DNA from: the human T2T-CHM13v2.0 reference genome, Homo sapiens
DNA: 64,000 bases
Assembly: GCF_009914755.1 (NCBI RefSeq)
Contig: NC_060933.1
Reading direction: 5' to 3' (one strand)
The notes under the pieces were generated by a model, which worked only from the letters and a program-made list of their open reading frames with translations, was not told where the DNA came from and searched no databases. Below are positions 56,240 through 64,000 of this stretch, piece by piece. Positions within the stretch are counted from its first letter, which is position 1. Every line of letters starts with the position of its first letter. The position numbers were made by a program, and so were the translations under genes.

Positions 56240-57720
56240 TTCCATTCCATTCCATTCCATTCCATTCCATTCCATTCCATTTCGTTCCATTCCATTCCAT
56301 TCCGTATCATTCCATTCCATTCCATTCCATTCCATTCCATTCCATTCCATTCCATTGTACTCGGGTTGATTCCATTCCATTGCATTCCATTCCATTCCAT
56401 TCCATTCCATTCCGTTGCATTCCATTCCATTACATTCGGATTGATTCTATTCAACTCCCTTACTCTCCATTACATTCCATTCCATTCGGGTTGTTCCATT
56501 CTATTCCATTCCATTCCACTCCATTCCATTGCACTCGGGTTGATTCCATTCCATTCCATTCCATTCCATTCCATTCCATTCCATTCCGGATGATTCCATT
56601 CCATTGCATTCCGTTCCATTACATTCCCCTGCACTCGCGTTGATTCCATTCCATTCCATTCCATTCCATTCAATTCCATTCCATTACAATTCGTTCCATT
56701 CCATTCTATTCCGTACCATTCCATTCCATTCCATACCATTCCATTCCATTCCATTCCATTCCATTCCATTCCGTTCCGTTCCATTCCGTTCCATTCCAGT
56801 CCATTCCATTCTCTTCGGGTTAATTCCATTCCAATCCATTCCATTCCATTCTATTCCATTCCATTGCAATCGAGTTGAATCCATTGCATTTCATTCCATT
56901 CCATTCCATTCCATTCCGGAAGATTCCATTCCATTGCATTCCATTCCATTCCATCTCCCTGCACTCGCGTTGATTCCATTCCATTCCATTCCATTCCATT
57001 CCATTCCATTTCGTTCCATTCCATTCCATTCCGTATCATTCCATTCCATTCCATTCCATTCCATTCCATTCCATTCCATTCCATTCCATTGTACTCGGGT
57101 TGATTCCATTCCATTGCATTCCATTCCATTCCATTCCATTCCATTCCGTTGCATTCCATTCCATTACATTCGGATTGATTCTATTCAACTCCCTTACTCT
57201 CCATTACATTCCATTCCATTCGGGTTGTTCCATTCTATTCCATTCCATTCCACTCCATTCCATTGCACTCGGGTTGATTCCATTCCATTCCATTCCATTC
57301 CATTCCATTCCATTCCATTCCATTCCGGATGATTCCATTCCATTGCATTCCGTTCCATTACATTCCCCTGCACTCGCGTTGATTCCATTCCATTCCATTC
57401 CATTCCATTCAATTCCATTCCATTACAATTCGTTCCATTCCATTCTATTCCGTACCATTCCATTCCATTCCATACCATTCCATTCCATTCCATTCCATTC
57501 CATTCCATTCCATTCCGTTCCATTCCGTTCCATTCCAGTCCATTCCATTCTATTCGGGTTAATTCCATTCCAATCCATTCCATTCCATTCTATTCCATTC
57601 CATTGCAATCTAGTTGAATCCATTGCATTTCATTCCATTCCATTCCATTCCATTCCGGAAGATTCCATTCCATTGCATTCCATTCCATTCCATCTCCCTG
57701 CACTCGCGTTGATTCCATTC
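56240..57720 (+). repeat. 2 x ~735 bp tandem duplication
   Basis: Shared TTGTTCCATTCTATT, CCAGTCCATTCC, TAATTCCATTCCAATCC, CCATCTCCCT. Offsets grow 729, 734, 739 by pentamer gains (ORFs 56684/57423). Confidence 0.9.
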
Positions 57721-60700
57721 CATTCCATTCCATTCCATTCCATTCCATTCCGTTCCGTTCCGTTCCGTTCCATTCCATTCCATTCCATTCCATTCCATTC
57801 CGTTCCGTTACATTCCATTCCATTCCATTCTATTCGGGTTAATTCCATTCCATTCCATTCGATTGCAATCGTGTTGATTCCATTCCATTCCATTCCATTC
57901 CATTCCATTCCATTCCATTCCATTCCTTTCCATTCCATTACGGATGATTCCATTCCATTGCGTTCCATTCCATTCCATTCCCCTGTACTCGGGTTGATTC
58001 CATTCCATTGCATTCCAATCCATGCCCTTCCACTCGTGTTGATTCCATTCTTTCCATTCCATTCAAGTTGAATCCATTCCATTGCATTCCATTCCATTCG
58101 ATTCCATTCGATTGCACACTGGTTGATTCCATTCCATTGCATTCCATTCCATTCCATTCCATTCCATTCCATTCCATTCCATTCCGTTCCTTTCCATTCC
58201 ATTACATTCGTATTGATTCTATTCAATTCCCTTACACTCCATTACATTCCATTCCATTCGGGTAGTTTCCATTCCATTCCATTCCATTCCTCTCCATTCC
58301 ATTGCACTCGGGTTGATTCCATTCCATTGCATTCCATTCCATTCCATTCCATTCAATTCCATTCCGTTCCATTCCATTCCATTCCATTCGGATTGATTCT
58401 ATTCAACTCCCTTAGTCTCCATTACATTCCATTCCATTCGGGTTGTTCCATTCCATTCCATTCCATTCCACTCCATTCCATTGCACTCGGGTTTATTCCA
58501 TTCCATTCCATTCCATTCCATTCAATTCCATTCCATTCTGGAAGATTCCATTCCATTGCATTCCATTCCATTCCATTCCCCTGCACTCGCGTTGATTCCA
58601 TTCCATTCCATTCCATTCCATTCCATTCCATTCCATTCCATTCCATTCCTTTCCGTTCCATTCCATTCCATTCCGTTCCGTTCCTTTCCATTCCATTCTA
58701 TTCCATTCTATTCGCGTTAATTCCATTAAATTCCATTCGATTGCAATCGAGTTGATTCCATTCCATTCCATTCCATTCCATTCCATTCCTTTCCATTCCA
58801 TTACGGATGATTCCATTCCATTGCATTCCATTCCATTCCATTCCCCTGTACTCGGGTTGATTCCATTCCATTCCATTCCAATCCATGCCATTCCACTCGT
58901 GTTGATTCCATTCTTTCCATTCCATTCAAGTTGAATCCATTCCATTGCATTCCATTGCATTCCAATCCCCTGCAGTCAGGTTGATTCCATTCCATTCCAT
59001 TCCATTCCATTCCATTCCGTTCCTTTCCATTCCATTCCATTCCTTTCTATTCGGGTTAATTCCATTCCATTCCATTCCATTCCATTCCATTCCATTCCAT
59101 TCCATTCCAATCAATTTGATTCCATTCCATTCCATTCCATTGCATTCCATTCCATTCCACTCCATTCCAGTCCTTTCCATTCCATTCCACTCGGGTTGAT
59201 TCCAATGTATTCCTTTCCATTCCTTTCCATTCCATTGGAATCGAGTTGATTCCATTGCTTTGCATTCCATTCCATTCCATTCCGTATCATTCCATTCCAT
59301 TCCATTCCATTCCATTCCATTCCATTCCATTCCATTGTACTCGGGTTGATTCCATTCCATTGCATTCCATTCCATTCCATTCCATTCCATTCCATTCCGT
59401 TGCATTCCATTCCATTACATTCAGATTGATTCTATTCAACTCCCTTACTCTCCATTACATTCCATTCCATTCGGGTTGTTCCATTCTATTCCATTCCATT
59501 CCCCTCCATTCCATTGCACTCGGGTTGATTCCATTCCATTCCATTGCATTCCATTCCATTCCGGATGATTCCATTCCATTGCATTCCGTTCCATTAAATT
59601 CCCCTGCACTCGGGTTGATTCCATTCCATTCCATTCCATTCCATTCCATTCCATTCCGTTCCATTCCCCTGCACTCGCGTTGATTCCATTCCATTCCATT
59701 CCATTCCATTCTATTCCATTCCTTTCCATTCCAGTCCTTTCCATTCCATTCCACTCGGGTTGCTTCCATTCTATTAGTTTCCATTCCATTCCATTCCCTT
59801 CCATTCCACTCTGGTTGATTCCATTCCTTTCCATTCCACTCGAATACATTCAATCCTATTCCACTCGGAACGATTCCATTCCATTCCATTCCATTCCATT
59901 CCATTCCATTCCATTCCATTTCGTTCCATTCCATTCTATTCCGTATCATTCCATTCCATTCCATTCCATTCCATTCCATTCCATTCCATTCCACTCGTGT
60001 TGATTTCATTCCTTTCCATTCCATTCGGTTTGAAGGCATTCCATTCCATTCCATTCCATTCCATTCCATTCCATTCCATTCCATTCCATTGTACTCGGGT
60101 TGATTCCATTCCATTCCATTCCATTCCGTTGCATTCCATTCCATTACATTCGGATTGATTCTATTCAACTCCCTTACTCTCCATTACATTCCATTCCATT
60201 CGGGTTGTTCCATTCCATTCCATTCCATTCCACTCCATTCCATTGCACTCGGATTGATTCCATTCCATTCCATTCCATTCCATTCCATTCCGGATGATTC
60301 CATTCCATTGCATTCCGTTCCATTACATTCCCCTGCACTCGCGTTGATTCCATTCCATTCCATTCCATTCCATTCAATTCCATTCCATTACAATTCGTTC
60401 CATTCCATTCTATTCCGTACCATTCCATTCCATTCCATACAATTCCATTCCATTCCATTCCATTCCATTCCGTTCCATTCCGTTCCATTCCATTCCATTC
60501 CATTCTATTCGGGTTAATTCCATTCCATTCCATTCCATTCCATTCCATTCTATTCCATTCCATTGCAATCGAGTTGAATCCATTGCATTTCATTCCATTC
60601 CATTGCATTCCATTCCGGAAGATTCCATTCCATTGCATTCCATTCCATTCCATTCCCCTGCACTCGCGTTGATTCCATTCCATTCCATTCCATTCCATTC

Positions 60701-62339
60701 CATTCCATTCCGTTCCGTTCCATTCCATTCCATTCCATTCCATTCCATTCCGTTCCGTTCCGTTCCATTCCATTCCATTCCATTCTATTCGGGTTAATTC
60801 CATTCCATTCCATTTGATTGCAATCGAGTTGATTCCATTCCATTCCATTCCATTCCATTCCGTTCCATTCCATTCCTTTCCATTCCATTACGGATGATTC
60901 CATTCCATTGCATTCCATTCCATTCCATTCCCCTGTACTCGGGTTGATTCCATTCCATTCCATTCCAATCCATGCCATTCCACTCGTGTTGATTCCATTC
61001 TTTCCATTCCATTCAAGTTGAATCCATTCCATTGCATTCCATTCCATTCGATTCCATTCGATTGCACTCGGGTTGATTCCATTCCATTGCATTCCATTCC
61101 ATTTCATTCCATTCCATTCCATTCCATTCCGTTCCATTCCATTTCATTACATTCAGATTGATTCTATTCAATTCCCTAACACTCCATTATATTCCAATTC
61201 ATTCTGGTTTTTTCCATTCCATTCCATTCCATTTCACTCCATTCCATTGCACTCGGGTTGATTCCATTCCATTCCATTCCATTGCATTCCATTCCATTCC
61301 ATTCCGGATAATTCCATTCCATTGCATTCCTTTCCATTCCATTCCCTTATACTCGGCTTGATTCCATTCCATTCCATTCCATTACATTCCGTTCCATTCC
61401 ATTCCATTACATTCGGATTGATTCTATTCAATTCCCTTACACTCCATTACATTCCATTCCATTCGGGTAGTTTCCTTTCCATTCCATTCCATTCCTCTCC
61501 ATTCCATTGCACTCGGGTTGATTCCATTCCATTCCATTCCATTACATTACATTGCATTACATTACATTCCGTTCCATTGTACTCGGGTTGATTCCATTCC
61601 ATTGCATTCCATTCCATTCCATTCCATTCCATTCCATTCCCTTCCATTCCGTTCCATTCCATTCCATTACATTCGGATTGATTCTATTCAACTCCCTTAC
61701 TCTCCATTACATTCGATTCCATTCGGGTTGTTCCATTCCATTCCATTCCATTCCACTCCATTCCATTGCACTCGGGTTGATTCCATTCCATTCCATTCCA
61801 TTCCGGAAGATTCCATTCCATTACATTCCATTACATTCCATTCCCCTGCACTCGTGTTGATTCCATTCCATTCCATTCCATTCCATTCAATTCCATTCCT
61901 TTCCGTTCCATTCCATTCCATTCCATTCCGTTCCGTTCCGTTCCGTTCTGTTCAATTCCATTCCATTCCATTCTATTCGGGTTAATTCCATTCCATTCCA
62001 TTCGATTGCAATCGAGTTGATTCCATTCCATTCCATTCCTTTCCATTCCATTCCATTCCTTTCCATTCCATTACGGATGATTCCATTCCATTGCATTCCA
62101 TTCCATTCCATTCCCCTGTACTCGGGTTGATTCCATTCCATTCCATTCCAATCCATGCCATTCCACTCGTGTTGATTCCATTCTTTCCATTCCATTCAAG
62201 TTGAATCCATTCCATTGCATTCCATTCCATTCGATTCCATTCGATTGCACTCGGGTTGATTCCATTCCATTGCACTCCATTCCATTCCATTTCATTCCAT
62301 TCCATTCCTTTCCATTCCATTCCATTCCATTCCATTCCA

Positions 62340-64000
62340 TTCCATTGCAATCGAGTTGATTACATTCCATTCCTTTCCATTCCATTCCATTGCCTTGCAT
62401 TCCACTCGGGTTGATTCCATTCCCTTCTTTCCATTCCATTACATTCCCTTCCATTCCACTCGGAATGATTGATTCCATTCCATTCCATTCCATTTCATTC
62501 CATTGCAATCCATTCCAATCCATTCCATTCCATTCCATTCCACTCGAGTTGATTTCATTCCATTCCTTTCCATTCCATTCCATTCCTTTCCACTCCAGTT
62601 GATTCCATTCCATTCCATTCCATTCCATTGCATTCCATTCCATGCCATTCCACTCGGGTTGATTCCATTCCATTCCATTCCATTCCATTCCATTCCATTC
62701 CATTCCATTGCATTCCATTCCATTCCTTTCCCCTGCACTCGGGTTGATTCCATTCCATTCCATTCCATTTAATTCCATTCCATTCCATTCCATTCCATTC
62801 CATTCCAATCCGTTCCATTCCATTCCATTCTATTCCATTGCAATCGACTTGACTCCATTCCATTCCATTCCATTCCATTCCATTCCATTCCATTTTGTTC
62901 CAATCCATTCTATTCCAAACCTTTCCATTCCATTCCATTCCATTCCATTCCATTCCATTCCATGCCATTCCACTCGGGTTGATTCCATTCCTTTCCATTC
63001 CATTCGGGTAGAATCCAATCCACTCCATTCCATTCCATTCGAATCCATTCCATTGCACTCGGGTTGATTCCATTCCATTCCATTCCATTCCATTCCATTC
63101 CGTTCGATTCCATTTCATTACATTCAGATTGATTCTATTCAATTCCCTTACACTCCATTATATTCCAATCCATTCTGGTTGTTTCCATTCCATTCCATTC
63201 CATTTCACTCCATTCCATTGCACTCGGTTTGATTCCATTCCATTCCATTCTATTCCATTCCGGATGATTCCATTCCATTGCATTCCATTCCATTCCATTC
63301 CCCTGCACTCAGGTTGATTCCATTCCATTCCATTCCACTCCTTTCGGTTCCGTTCCATTCCATTCTATTGCATTCCATTCTATTCGGGTTAATTCCATTC
63401 CATTCTATTCCATTCCATTCCATTCCATTCCATTGCAATGGAGTTGATTCCATTCCATTCCATTCCATTCCGGATGATTCCATTCCATTGCATTCCATTC
63501 CATTCCATTCCCCTGCACTCGTGTTGATTCCATTACCTTCCATTCCATTCCATTCCGTTCCATTCCATTGCATTCCATTCTATTCCGGTTAATTCCATTC
63601 CATTCCATTCCATTCCATTACATTCCATTGCAATCGAGTTGATTCCATTCCATTCCTTTCCATTCCATTCCATTGCCTTGCATTCCAATCGGGTTGATTC
63701 CATTCCCTTCTTTCCACTCCATTACATTCCCTTACATTCCACTCGGAATGATTGATTCCATTCCATTCCATTCCATTTCATTCCGTTGCAATCCATTCCA
63801 ATCTATTCCATTCCATTCCATTCCACTCGACTTGATTTCATTCCATTCCTTTCCATTCCATTCCATTCCTTTCCACTCCAGTTGATTCCAATCCATTCCA
63901 TTCCATTGCATTCCATTCCATGCCATTCCACTCGGGTTGATTCCATTCCTTTGCATTCCATTCCATTCCATTCCATTCCATTCCATTCCATTCCATTCCG
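62340..64000 (+). repeat. Region with two copies (offset ~1283 bp) of the rare CCCTTCTTTCC...CGGAATGATTG module; 63300-64000 is homologous to 6800-7500 and 10200-10890
   Basis: ORFs 62390/63673 are near-identical. TCGGTTCCGTT and CTATTCCGGTTAA are shared with both the 6.8 and 10.2 kb blocks; GCAATGGAGTTG is shared with the 6.8 kb block (GCAATGAAGTTG at 10.3 kb). Confidence 0.8.

Larger units (their letters stand above)
1..64000 (+). repeat. Human Satellite 3 (HSat3/SatIII) array, (CATTC)n with A(C/T)TCGGGTTG interruptions; pericentromeric heterochromatin
   Basis: CATTC pentamer from the first base to the last. Recurrent ACTCGGGTTG/ATTCGGGTT(G/A), i.e. CAACCCGAGT(GGAAT)n on the - strand, is the established SatIII consensus. 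The C/T-rich strand is always +. Subfamily and chromosome (9q12-type is plausible) cannot be fixed without alignment. Confidence 0.97.

Noticed and set aside
54-63991. Hundreds of ORFs encoding IPFHS- or MEWNG-repeat proteins
   Set aside because: A 5-bp unit without stop codons is open in all six frames. The ORFs overlap on both strands, have no domain content, and end at recurring variant words; they are translation artefacts.
1-64000. HSat2 or Y-specific DYZ1 identity
   Set aside because: The array lacks the dominant CATTCGATTC...GATGAT 23/26 bp HSat2 pattern and shows no uniform ~3.6 kb tandem unit; it is dominated by the TCGGGTTG decamer of SatIII.
1-64000. Embedded Alu/L1, telomeric repeat, alpha satellite or strand inversion
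   Set aside because: No poly-A, no non-pentamer stretch and no (GGAAT)n run on the + strand were seen. GGGTTA occurs only singly inside TCGGGTTAA.
1-64000. Canonical G-quadruplex arrays
   Set aside because: Runs of three or more G are isolated on both strands, and the GG dinucleotides of (GGAAT)n do not meet the G3 x4 pattern.

Overview
The whole 64 kb is one uninterrupted array of primate pericentromeric Human Satellite 3 (HSat3/SatIII): (CATTC)n on the + strand, punctuated by the classic A(C/T)TCGGGTTG decamer and related variant motifs. I see no genes, tRNA/rRNA, CRISPR arrays, transposon insertions or strand inversions. Every listed ORF is an artefact of the stop-free pentamer (IPFHS / MEWNG repeats). 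I found no new protein-coding system; the real signal is the internal architecture. (1) The array follows an ordered module grammar with a branch point giving ~0.86 kb and ~1.7 kb cycles. (2) It contains nested duplications of different ages, including a near-perfect 6.36 kb tandem duplication (38.3-51.0 kb) with a resolvable junction, several ~3.3-3.4 kb-offset duplications, and 75-740 bp local ones. (3) A perfect three-unit heat-shock element (TTCcgGAAgaTTC) recurs about 40 times, together with two fixed palindromes. (4) A 12 bp deletion precisely removes a hairpin. Coordinates and counts were read by eye, using offsets between identical ORF translations; boundaries inside pure pentamer runs are approximate.
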